Shown here: piece by piece, positions 1 to 9,400 of the stretch | Numbering within the stretch: the first letter of the stretch is position 1 | Layout: the number at the start of each line of letters is the position of its first letter | From: Bdellovibrionota bacterium FG-1 | GTDB lineage: Bacteria; Bdellovibrionota; UBA1018 | Length of the DNA: 64,000 nt | Direction of reading: 5' to 3' | Assembly: GCA_051382295.1 (NCBI GenBank) | Contig: JBBCAW010000031.1 | Span: forward strand, 27,710-91,709 | Translations under genes and position numbers: made by a program | Notes under the pieces: model-generated | Seen by the model: the letters and a program-made list of their open reading frames with translations, nothing else | Told to the model about the DNA's origin: nothing | Database searches by the model: none

Positions 1-786
1 TAAACTGGCCCACGCCGGAAACACCTGCGCGAGAACAATTCGAGCGAACCCAGGCGTGATCGAGTCGTGGGTTCCCCATCCTAAAAAAGGAAAAGGCTGC
101 AATTGCACCATCGCACCCAGAAAAACGAACGAAGCCCCCATAAAGTCAGTGGTTTCACTCCAAGAAGACGCGCCGACCATACTCAGTGGCGCTCTCGCTC
201 CCGCTAAAACACATAGCCCCACCAACGACAGGATAAAACCCCAAGAACGCTCCCATCCGAAACGGGTGGCAAGCGCGGCCTCTGATGAAAGACCCCAATA
301 CGACCCCAAAGCTAAAAATCCGCCGACAATGGTCAATACCGACCCCGCCAAGGCCAACCACGGCGTAAGCCCAAACCAGGCAAACGCCACCCCCGCGCAC
401 GAAACCGCTAGCGCCGCATACAACCGCGCCGCTCGAGTGACACGAACCGTTCCGCTGGTCACAAGAAGCAAACAAGCCGAAACCAAAACCGTCAAAACGG
501 CTACCGCCAACCCCACCGCATCACGGACCATACCAACGGTAATGGCTCCCTCTTCAGCCCGAGGCCAAATCCAACCCCTCAGCCAGGTTTGCGGCTGAAA
601 AGAATCTTCGCTGAGTGCGATCCATCCTATTCCCGCATCGATCATAAGGGCCGCCAGACCCAAACCAACCAACCAATCCCCTTGACGCGGCAGCTTACGC
701 CCCCAGAGCATCAAGACAATTCCACCCACCAGCAAAACCACCAACCCTGACAACAACAGTGCAGGAGAAGACGTAACGCCGTTCAT
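1..786 (-). CDS. nuoL: NuoL/MrpA-like antiporter-fold membrane subunit, N-terminal part (runs off window), highly divergent
   Basis: Not in the ORF track. Hand translation from ATG at 786 (ATGA overlap with nuoK stop) is open to the window edge for 262 codons. It is very hydrophobic, and GAMVQLQPFPFLGW aligns with NuoL GAVGKSAQLPLQTW. It sits directly after nuoK. Confidence 0.75.
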   Translation of the reverse strand, partial: MNGVTSSPALLLSGLVVLLVGGIVLMLWGRKLPRQGDWLVGLGLAALMIDAGIGWIALSEDSFQPQTWLRGWIWPRAEEGAITVGMVRDAVGLAVAVLTVLVSACLLLVTSGTVRVTRAARLYAALAVSCAGVAFAWFGLTPWLALAGSVLTIVGGFLALGSYWGLSSEAALATRFGWERSWGFILSLVGLCVLAGARAPLSMVGASSWSETTDFMGASFVFLGAMVQLQPFPFLGWGTHDSITPGFARIVLAQVFPAWASL

Positions 787-1073
787 TGCTTGAGTGACCT
801 CAATTCGTCGATATTTGTGCGGGTTTTTAGATAAAAAACACGGATAGCCAGCGCGTAGCCACCCGCCAACTGGGCAACGCCGGAAAGAACAATAAAGAGC
901 CCAAAAAGGTGGCCCTCAACCCGCGCGCCCGACATCACGCCCGCAAGGACAAACATCATTGCCGAACCCAAAACCAAAAGCTGAATGCCGATCATAATGC
1001 CCAACAAGGTTCGCCGAGAAATTATGCAAACCAGACCAAGAGCACCCATCATCCCGGAGACAAGCATCATCAT
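783..1073 (-). CDS. nuoK: Complex I-like subunit K (divergent)
   Basis: 96 aa with three hydrophobic segments, SRRTLLGIMIGIQLL and C-terminal TNIDELRSLK pattern; operon position. Confidence 0.85.
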   Translation of the reverse strand: MMMLVSGMMGALGLVCIISRRTLLGIMIGIQLLVLGSAMMFVLAGVMSGARVEGHLFGLFIVLSGVAQLAGGYALAIRVFYLKTRTNIDELRSLKQ

Positions 1074-1585
1074 GGCTGTGACTCCTTTTTTGAACTTTGC
1101 TCTGGGCGAGCAATCACGCCACCGCCAATCAAAACGAGAAAGAGTGTCAGCGCCAAAACCTCTAACGAAAGCAAATGCTGGCTGGTCATTGTTTTTCCGA
1201 GCGCCGCCACATCGGTGCCGTCAACCGCTAGGCCAATTCCGTTTTCCGGAATTTGCCCCGCTCCAAACCAAATCACGGTCGAAAAAGCGAACCCCAAAAG
1301 TACCGCCATCACCGTTTTAAATATTCGAGATCCCCCCGTCTTCTCCCAGTCGCTCGAGCCATATTCGCCAAACATCACCGAGAAGAAGACAAAAGAAATA
1401 ACCACTAAAGTCGAAACAATCCATTGAATGACGGCAAGAAGCTCCGCTCCAAGCGTGAGGTACAAGGCGCCCACTCCGAGGCCGGCAATCCACAACGAAA
1501 GGATTGCTCGTCGAATATCCCCAACAAAAGCGGCAAAAGCACCCGCCCCGAGGGTGATTACCGCAAAGATCCAACAAATCGTCAC
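1070..1585 (-). CDS. nuoJ: Complex I-like subunit J (divergent)
   Basis: Five TM segments, LYLTLGAELLAVIQWIV and HLLSLEVLALTLFLVLIGG motifs; probable GTG start overlapping nuoI stop (GTGA). Confidence 0.85.
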   Translation of the reverse strand: MTICWIFAVITLGAGAFAAFVGDIRRAILSLWIAGLGVGALYLTLGAELLAVIQWIVSTLVVISFVFFSVMFGEYGSSDWEKTGGSRIFKTVMAVLLGFAFSTVIWFGAGQIPENGIGLAVDGTDVAALGKTMTSQHLLSLEVLALTLFLVLIGGGVIARPEQSSKKESQP

Positions 1586-2118
1586 AACAGCCCCCCTTCG
1601 CCGTCTTCCGTTGCGCGTCTCATTTTTGCCCAATGCGCCCGCTGTGGCTCAGTAATATGGCCACGCCCAAAATGACTCACCATCGCAGACAACCGATAAA
1701 CGGCGCCCTCATATTGCCGGGTATGCATAAGCGACTGTGGCTGACAAGCCTCAACACAAAGGCCACAAAAAATACACTTCGAAAAATCGATATCAAACGT
1801 GGACACCCAAACTTTAGCCGAATCCGCTCCAGGCTCTGTTTCGACCGAAAGGCAGTCCGTGGGACAAACGATTTCACACTCTTTACACCCGGTGCATCGC
1901 TCTATGTCATTATAAAGAAGCCCTCTTGACCGGGAAGGAAGGTCCTCGGGTGCCCGGGATGAAATGGGATCCGGGTACTGCTCTGTCACCTCTTTTCGAA
2001 ATTCGCCAGCGCTCAACAAATACGGGATCGAGGTCAAACACGATCCAATGACCGACCGGGCCCCCCACAAGGCATCTCGAAAATAGTGTCGAAGTGTTGA
2101 AAAAACCGATTCAATCAC
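1582..2118 (-). CDS. nuoI: Complex I-like subunit I, 2x[4Fe-4S]
   Basis: VTEQYPD, CTGCKECEIVCP and CIFCGLCVEAC ferredoxin motifs; GTG start overlapping nuoH stop. Confidence 0.9.
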   Translation of the reverse strand: MIESVFSTLRHYFRDALWGARSVIGSCLTSIPYLLSAGEFRKEVTEQYPDPISSRAPEDLPSRSRGLLYNDIERCTGCKECEIVCPTDCLSVETEPGADSAKVWVSTFDIDFSKCIFCGLCVEACQPQSLMHTRQYEGAVYRLSAMVSHFGRGHITEPQRAHWAKMRRATEDGEGGLL

Positions 2119-3200
2119 AGCGCCCTCCATCCCGCCCAAAAGCCCACGCCAATCAGCGCAGCGAGCGAAAAAGGACTCAGGACCTTCCACGCAAAATCGG
2201 TGACCTGGTCCGTCCGCGTCCGAGGGTTAACTCGAGCGACCCAAACCACAAGAAGCATTAATAGAAAGGTCTTGATCAATAAAACGACCAATTCCAAAAA
2301 CTGCAAAACACCAAAAGCTTCGGCATCCTTGAGCGCGCTAAAAAGACTAACTGGAAGCTGCCAGCCCCCCAAAAACAAGACGACCGAAATCACCGACCAC
2401 AAAAAGAAACCATAGAACCGACTCAAGTTAAATAACGTCAGCCTTTTTCCATGCAAATAGGAAGAAACACCGCCTTGAATATCTGGATGCGAAAGCGCGG
2501 CATCCATCGGAGGAATCGCCAAAAGAATGAGTCCAGCAACAACAAACACGACCATCGCGATCAACTCGAACGGATTGGTCGTAGCCGCCCAAGTAAACGG
2601 AGAGGCCCCCTGAGAACCCGCCAAAACACTCCACTTAAAGCTCCCGGCTCTAACCCCAGCGCAAAGTAACGCCACCAACGCCGGAAAGGCTCCTGCCAAA
2701 GCCTGCGCGGCTACCCGTACGCCGCCCAACCACCCTGGCACCGAACCTTGGCTGAAGCCTAAAAGCATCGTACCTAAAGCCAAAACAAGCGCCGCCCAAA
2801 ACGGCCAAAAGGCACTCATATCCGTATCCACTAACAACACGAGGGACCCCAGCGGCAATACGGCAACCGTTGAAAAAAGGGCCATGGTATGAACGCCCAC
2901 CCAAAGAGCTTCGCGCCAGGTCCACGCTTGGTTGCCCTCTTTTTGGAGAAGCTTAAGCAGATCAGCAAGCGGTTGGAGCGCCCCGGCCGGCCCAGCCCGA
3001 TTCGGGCCCACTCGGGCTTGAAAATCAGCGCCCAACTTGCGATCCAGAAAAGCCATCACGGTGGCACTAGGAAAAATGACCAAGAGATAGATGAAGACTA
3101 GGCCACAGCCCGCAATCAACCATTGAGGGACTCCGGGCGGAAGTCGCAATAGATGCGCCCAAATGGTTGGCCAATTCATGTCCGTGCCCAATGCGTTCAT
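2115..3200 (-). CDS. nuoH: Complex I-like subunit H (divergent)
   Basis: DRKLGADFQARVGPNRAGPAGALQPLADLLKLLQKE, LFLGGW and PRTRTDQVTDFAWK motifs. Confidence 0.9.
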   Translation of the reverse strand: MNALGTDMNWPTIWAHLLRLPPGVPQWLIAGCGLVFIYLLVIFPSATVMAFLDRKLGADFQARVGPNRAGPAGALQPLADLLKLLQKEGNQAWTWREALWVGVHTMALFSTVAVLPLGSLVLLVDTDMSAFWPFWAALVLALGTMLLGFSQGSVPGWLGGVRVAAQALAGAFPALVALLCAGVRAGSFKWSVLAGSQGASPFTWAATTNPFELIAMVVFVVAGLILLAIPPMDAALSHPDIQGGVSSYLHGKRLTLFNLSRFYGFFLWSVISVVLFLGGWQLPVSLFSALKDAEAFGVLQFLELVVLLIKTFLLMLLVVWVARVNPRTRTDQVTDFAWKVLSPFSLAALIGVGFWAGWRAL

Positions 3201-4330
3201 CGATCCGCCTCCGCAACGCCAAGATCTAGGCTTGCCAGCAATACCGGCAGGTCTTCAATCCGAATCCCGGGCAACAAAGAAGGAACCATCAACAAATGGG
3301 CCGAAGATGGCGTCCTAAACTGCACTCTCGCCGGTCGGGCACTACCATCGGAAACCACATGACAACCGAGCAGGCCTCGCGAACTCTCGATTCGTGAGTA
3401 ACCCTCACCTTCGGGCACGGCAAAGTCTCTATCGATCCTTCCGATAGCAAATTCGCCGGGCGGAATTTTTTCAGCCGCTTGCCGCAGAATCACCACGCTC
3501 TGAGCGATTTCACGAAGATGAACCAAAAAGCGGGTGTGCGCCCCGCTGCCCGATGCTTGACTTTCGACCGGCACTTCAAAATCCCATTTTGAATATCCAC
3601 TATAAGGATGCGCCCGGCGGATATCCATTCCCACGCCTGAGGCGCGTGCGCTAGGGCCGGTGACCCCCCACTTGGAAATTTGCTCGGGAGACAAAACACC
3701 CACCTTCATCGTTCGCAACAAAAAGGCGTGATTATAAGTAAAAAGATCATTGTATTCTTTCAGGCGAACCTGGGCCAGATCACAAACCTCCAACACTCTC
3801 TCAATAAAACCTTCGGTCACATCCGCCCTCACGCCACCGAATCTCAAAAAATTCAGCGAAAACCGCGCGCCTGACAAAAGCTCAAACAAATCCAATACCC
3901 GCTCACGATCCCGCAAAACATAATGAAGCATGGTCTCGGCACCTACAGCTCGAGCCATTTGAACCATAAAGCCCATATGTGAGGAAATTCGAGTAAGCTC
4001 GGACAAAATCACGCGAATCACTTGTGCTCGTTCAGGCACTTCGATTTCAGATATCTCTTCGACCGCCAGACAAAGCGCTAATTCACCAAAAGCCGCCCCT
4101 TCGGGATCCAAATGATCAGCATAGGGAATCGACGCCTGCCAACTATGGCGTTCAAAAGCTTTTTCGAGTCCGCGGTGCAAATACCCACAGCCCACCGTAC
4201 CCGAAACGACAATCTCGCCATCAAGCTGAAGACTCAGCTTGATGGGTCCCGGCAGAGCACCGTGATAGGGCCCGATTTCCCAGAGCGTCAGGTCTGTAAC
4301 AAGACATTCGGCTTCAGGGCTTTGATTCAT
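3197..4330 (-). CDS. nuoD: Complex I-like subunit D (49 kDa family, divergent; no NiFe CxxC)
   Basis: GYLHRGLEK, ELTRISSH, GVTGPSARASG, ESSRG motifs and C-terminal ASLDLGVAEADR. Confidence 0.9.
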   Translation of the reverse strand: MNQSPEAECLVTDLTLWEIGPYHGALPGPIKLSLQLDGEIVVSGTVGCGYLHRGLEKAFERHSWQASIPYADHLDPEGAAFGELALCLAVEEISEIEVPERAQVIRVILSELTRISSHMGFMVQMARAVGAETMLHYVLRDRERVLDLFELLSGARFSLNFLRFGGVRADVTEGFIERVLEVCDLAQVRLKEYNDLFTYNHAFLLRTMKVGVLSPEQISKWGVTGPSARASGVGMDIRRAHPYSGYSKWDFEVPVESQASGSGAHTRFLVHLREIAQSVVILRQAAEKIPPGEFAIGRIDRDFAVPEGEGYSRIESSRGLLGCHVVSDGSARPARVQFRTPSSAHLLMVPSLLPGIRIEDLPVLLASLDLGVAEADR

Positions 4331-4823
4331 GAGAAATCCCTAAATATTCCGGTGGAAAAACATATTTTTTACGCAAAGGAAAACCCACCCACCCCTGTGG
4401 AAGGCGCTGGCTTGGCAAATACACGGGCTGTCCGCTAGCGGACAAAAACCTAATCCCAAAAAGTTCGCCGGCCTCAACCTCAAAGGCGCCGGCCATCGCC
4501 CAGAGCTCGGCCACTGAAAAAAGTTCAGCCGGGACGGTCGGACCAGGCGGCACCGCTGAAACCCGCAAGGTCACAGTCAAGGCGCTGCTCGTTGAACGTA
4601 GAAAATAGGAGGCAACCAGTGTTTCTTCGACTTCGATCACGGAGAGATTTTCAAGCCAATCTAGAGCCACCCTGTTTTCATTTTTAAGAAATGCTGCCAC
4701 CGCCACCAGTAGGCGCCCCTCAATCCAAAAAGAGGGCGAAGTGGTGCGCCCGAAACACCCGTTTTCAAGCACGGCCCCAGGAACTGCTTGTTTAAGCTTT
4801 TTGAGAAGTTCGGTCGTGTCCAC
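4314..4823 (-). CDS. nuoC: Complex I-like subunit C
   Basis: FEVEAGELFGIRF and WVGFPLRKKY motifs; start uncertain (GTG 4823 chosen). Confidence 0.85.
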   Translation of the reverse strand: MDTTELLKKLKQAVPGAVLENGCFGRTTSPSFWIEGRLLVAVAAFLKNENRVALDWLENLSVIEVEETLVASYFLRSTSSALTVTLRVSAVPPGPTVPAELFSVAELWAMAGAFEVEAGELFGIRFLSASGQPVYLPSQRLPQGWVGFPLRKKYVFPPEYLGISHESKP

Positions 4824-5277
4824 GGATTTTTTCCTGTAAGGCGATAAGCCCATTCATGATGGCTTCAGGCCGCGGGGGACACCCTGGCACATAGACATCC
4901 ACTGGTAAAAGACGATCGACCCCGGGCATGACAGAATAACTGAACTCCGGTGCGAAAGGACCGCCACAGTTCGCGCACGAACCGATCGCAAGAACATATT
5001 TCGGTGCAAGCATCGAATCATAGACCGCGCGCAACGGAATGGCGGCCTGATACGAAACCACTCCAGACACAATGAGTAAATCCGCTTGCCGGGGATCTGC
5101 CTGCGGAAGGCAGCCAAACCGCTCAAGATCGTAACGACAGCCCATCGTATTTAAAACCTCGTCTGCACAACACCCAGAGCCCGTGGAAATGTACCAAAGC
5201 GAGTTGGCGCGAGCCCATTGAAGAACTTTTCCAATCGTCGAAACATAAAATGAGGGTTTTTCCGTCGCTGGGCTCAC
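4792..5277 (-). CDS. nuoB: Complex I-like subunit B (N2 cluster)
   Basis: GCCADE tandem Cys, PRQADLLIVSG, GSCA and VYVPGCPPRPE motifs. Confidence 0.92.
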   Translation of the reverse strand: MSPATEKPSFYVSTIGKVLQWARANSLWYISTGSGCCADEVLNTMGCRYDLERFGCLPQADPRQADLLIVSGVVSYQAAIPLRAVYDSMLAPKYVLAIGSCANCGGPFAPEFSYSVMPGVDRLLPVDVYVPGCPPRPEAIMNGLIALQEKIRGHDRTSQKA

Positions 5278-5678
5278 GTTTTTTTATTTTCTCCTTTTTC
5301 CTCACGAAAACTCGTCAGCCAACTCAGATCCCCTTTGCGAACCGAGTAAAGAAGACCCAGGGCTGCAAAACCCGCGATTGACACGATCGCGACCAAGCCG
5401 CGCAATAGCCCTTCGTGATCCGTTCCGGGCTGCAATATCCCCACACAGGGAACCAAAGCCAACATGAGTGCGATCAAAACCAGTGCTGCATTTGCGGCGA
5501 GAAAAAATCGGGCATTTATTTTCTGACCCAAGACCGTTCGATTCGCTTCTACGGCTTCAGTCTTCGCACCGTTTTTGGGCGAAACCAAATAGGAAACCAA
5601 AGCTAAAGCGGCAGGAATGCCGAGAGCTAGGAATGCAGACAAAAAAACGATGTAGTAGACATCCCAGCCGCTGGGCAT
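5274..5678 (-). CDS. nuoA: Complex I-like subunit A (divergent)
   Basis: Three TM segments, ARFFLAA and GLLYSVRKGDLSW motifs; first gene of operon. Confidence 0.8.
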   Translation of the reverse strand: MPSGWDVYYIVFLSAFLALGIPAALALVSYLVSPKNGAKTEAVEANRTVLGQKINARFFLAANAALVLIALMLALVPCVGILQPGTDHEGLLRGLVAIVSIAGFAALGLLYSVRKGDLSWLTSFREEKGENKKT

Positions 5679-5697
5679 TGCGCCTTACCTCGCGAAA

Positions 5698-5726
5698 AGA
5701 CTACGCAAGTCGAAATGGAGTGTCAA
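5698..5726 (-). promoter_or_regulatory. Sigma70-type promoter of the nuo-like operon
   Basis: Minus strand TTGACA-17 bp-TAGTCT, ~20 bp upstream of nuoA ATG; GAGGT SD present. Confidence 0.65.
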
Positions 5727-5743
5727 GGTCGGTGATTCGATTT

Positions 5744-6481
5744 ATGCTGAACACAACCATGCTTTTTAATCCGACTGGCGGCTTGATCTACCATTTGCGT
5801 GCGCTCCGATACCGCAACGCCCTTTGGCATGAGTTTCGGAACGCCCTCCACCCCTGGCTCGCTCAATGGGCACCTTCTGAGCGCGCTCTTCTGTTGATAG
5901 GCCCGAGTGGTGGTTATTGCTTACCCCCCTCTTTTTTGGCCCGCTTTAAGCAAATCAGCGCCGTAGATCCTGACCCCTGGGCCCCTATCATCTTTCATCG
6001 ACGCTTTAGACGCAACGCACAGTGGATTCGCCAAGATTATTTTTCACCCGTCCGGGGGGTTTTTGATCCTTCCCGCTTTGAGATATTAATGTCCAAACAT
6101 CCTCACCATGCGGTTTTGTTTTGTAATTTTCTCGGGCAACTCCCGTTGTTAAACACCGCTGCGGCTACCCAACCTTCTTTTTCAAAATGGAAAGCGGCCC
6201 TTCCATCGCTTTTGGAGGGCCGCTCGTGGGCAACCTTTCATGACCGTTTGTCCGGGGAGCTTCGACCAACGCTTGCGACGAATTCCCCGCTCTGTCGCTA
6301 TGAAGACTGCGTCGCGGATTCACGCCTTCTTGCGGATTTTTACAAGGCCCCCGCCGAAGATCGGCAAATTGAGCTTTCCGATCACTTGACCGGAGACCTT
6401 TTCCCCGGGCACCCTCGTCATTTTTTTCGCTGGCAACTGACCCCTGGAAACTGGCATTTAATCGAAGGAATTCAAAAATGA
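5744..6481 (+). CDS. Hypothetical protein, possible SAM-dependent methyltransferase-like fold
   Basis: ORF with likely ATG at 5744 or 5759; LLLIGPSGGY...ISAVDPD Rossmann-like pattern; ATGA-coupled to mfd. Confidence 0.6.
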   Translation: MLNTTMLFNPTGGLIYHLRALRYRNALWHEFRNALHPWLAQWAPSERALLLIGPSGGYCLPPSFLARFKQISAVDPDPWAPIIFHRRFRRNAQWIRQDYFSPVRGVFDPSRFEILMSKHPHHAVLFCNFLGQLPLLNTAAATQPSFSKWKAALPSLLEGRSWATFHDRLSGELRPTLATNSPLCRYEDCVADSRLLADFYKAPAEDRQIELSDHLTGDLFPGHPRHFFRWQLTPGNWHLIEGIQK

Positions 6482-9400
6482 CCCCCCCGAGCCGGATCGA
6501 AAACATGATCCGTTCTCTCATTCAACTCGACGCACCGATCCACGTTACCGGATCTATCGGCCCCTCTCACGCTTGGCTAGTGGCACGATACGCCCGCGAA
6601 ATCCCTCATCCCCTAGTCGTTATTTGCCCCAATGATGATTTAGCGGCCGAGTTCGCTGCCGACATTGAATCACTCTCGGCTCTCGTTGAACGGGCACCTC
6701 TTTTAGTCTGCCATTTTCCGACGTGGGAGCAATCGCCCTATAGCCCTATTGCCCCATCGCTTCGAACCCGACTTGCTCGGATCGCCGTTCTTCAGTCTCT
6801 TCGTTCTGAGGACCCCGCCGAGCGACCTCGGGTGGTAGTGACCACCATCGCTGCGCTCGGTCAAGCATCACTCTCGCCTGAGTTTTTTGCTCGATATTGC
6901 ATCACCCTCCAGAAAGACCAAAGTATTGAGAGCCGCGAAGCCGTGATTTCACGCCTCATCGAAGCCGGATATCTGCGTGTCGACACGGTGGAAGACCCGG
7001 GCACTTTTGCCGTGCGTGGCGATATCGTAGATGTTTTTCCAGCTCATCATGAGCACCCGGTCCGAATCGAATTGTTTGGGGATTTCATCGAAAAGATTCG
7101 AAAATTCGACCCAGCCAGCCAACGTGCGAAAACAGGGGAGATTTCATCTCTTTCCTTTTCTCCCGCGCGCGAAATATTGATCAACCACGAGACGACCCCG
7201 CTCATTCGTGAACAAGTCAAGGTCCGCGCCGATGATATGGGCATGCCTCGCGCCTCGCGTGACCCCATTTTGGCAGGAGTGCAACCCGGTCACTACCCCG
7301 ATCATTGTGACGCCTGGGCTCCTTTTGCTTATCCCCGTCCAGCCTGCCTGTGGGACCACCTTTCTCCTGACACTCAGGTCATTTGGAATGACGAACTGAC
7401 CTGTCAGCAATATTGGGATGAATTTTTTAAAGAACAAATACGCCTGTCTGCGGCCTCACCCCAAAGCCGCGTCGTCGCGCCCGCGGCCGAACAGCTTTTT
7501 ACCTGGTCACACGGATTGGATGAACGCGTTCACAAGAGTTCTCGCCTTTTTTTGGACCGTCTTGAAATGGCCGACCTTCCAACTATCGGAGAACTTGACG
7601 AGCTCGCCATCACTTCCGAGCCAAAACAAAGCCCGGTTTCGCCACGTCATCGCGTCGCGGTTCGAAACAACAGCGATCTTTCTTCAAAGGGTAAAAACGC
7701 CCTTGGGGCGCTCGATCCCAGCCTGAAGCTTTGGCAAAAACAGGGGTTCAAAACGCTCATTCTTGCCTCGACTCAAAGCCAGTTAGAACGGATCCGCTTT
7801 TTATTAGAAGAACGCCATTTTGTTTGTCGACTAGAGCCCGAACTCCAGCCGTCCGCCATTCACCTGGCCATTGGCTCTCTCTCGCAAGGCTTTCGTTGGC
7901 CCGCCGAAGGACTAGTGGTCCTGACCGAGAGCGAAATTTTAGGAACCCGCTCGACGAAAAAACGACGCCAGCAGTCGACCACCGAAAGCGGCTCTGCCGC
8001 CAAAAATTGGTCGGGCCTGCAAGCTCTTTCGGACCTCGCGGTAGGTGATGCTATCGTACACGTCGACCACGGAATCGGTCGTTACCTGGGTTTGGTTCGC
8101 CTCGATCTGAGCGGAGCTCCTAGCGATTTTTTACTCTTAGAGTACGCCAGTAAGGACAAGCTCTACCTTCCTATCTACCGCCTCAACGTCATCCAAAAAT
8201 ATGTCGGCGCCGGAGAAAGCGTGGCTTTAGATCGACTGGGTACCCAACAATTTACCAAAGCCAAAGAAAAAGTCCGCGAGGCGGTCAAACGTTTGGCGGT
8301 TGACCTCATTAAACTGTACGCCGAGCGCAAGGTCAGGCCTGGCCTACGTTTTTCGCCCCGAGATTCCTTATTTCGCGAGTTTGAAGCCTCTTTTCCTTTT
8401 GACGAGACTCCCGATCAACTCAAAGCAATTGATGACGTCATGGCCGATTTAGAGGCCGGAAAGGTTTCAGACCGTTTGGTTTGTGGTGATGTGGGCTATG
8501 GTAAAACCGAAGTGGCCATTCGGGCGGCCTTTAAGGCGGTCAGCGATGGGAAACAGGTTGCCGTTCTCGTGCCCACCACGGTTCTGGCCTTTCAACATGA
8601 GCAGTCTTTCAAGTCTCGCCTTAAAGATTATCCCATCCTCGTCGAATCCATTTCGCGCTTTAAGACGGCAAAAGAACAGAAGACCCTTTTGACGGCTCTG
8701 GCGGAAGGAAAAATCGACATTATCATTGGTACCCATCGCCTCCTTTCAAAAGACGTCCGCTTCAAAGATCTCGGCTTGATTATCGTGGACGAAGAACACC
8801 GTTTTGGCGTCGAACATAAGGAAAAACTCAAATCCCTCAAAATCGACACGCACGTTCTCACGCTAACGGCCACGCCCATTCCCAGGACTCTCCATATGGC
8901 GCTATCTGGGTTACGCGACATCAGCCTCATCAACACCCCTCCGGTCGACCGCCTCCCCATTCGAACCTATGTCTCGAAGTTTGATGAGGACCTGATCACC
9001 CGCGCGATTCACTTTGAATTGAGCCGCGGCGGACAGGTTTTCTTTTTGCACAATCGGGTGGATTCGATCTACCCTATGGCCAGCCGAATCCGCGAGCTCG
9101 TACCCACGGCACGCGTAGGCGTCGGCCACGGCCAGATGGCAGAAGGCGAACTGGAAGACACCATGGTCGCTTTTTACGAAAAGCGGACCAACGTCCTCGT
9201 TTGTACCACCATCATTGAATCCGGCATTGACCTGCCAGACGCCAACACGATGATCATTAATCGTGCCGACACCTTGGGTCTAGCCCAGCTTTATCAGATC
9301 CGTGGCCGCGTGGGCCGCAGCCAGCAAAGAGCCTACGCTTATTTGCTCATCCCCGCCGAAAACGCCGTCACCGAGGACGCAAAAAAACGACTTGAGGTGA

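Noticed and set aside
56..598. 180-aa plus-strand ORF and similar antisense ORFs across the nuo operon and other core genes
   Set aside because: They are shadow frames of well-supported genes on the opposite strand and have no recognisable motifs.
3197..4330. Group 4 [NiFe]-hydrogenase large subunit
   Set aside because: There are no CxxC metal-binding motifs, and the C-terminus is NuoD-like (EADR).
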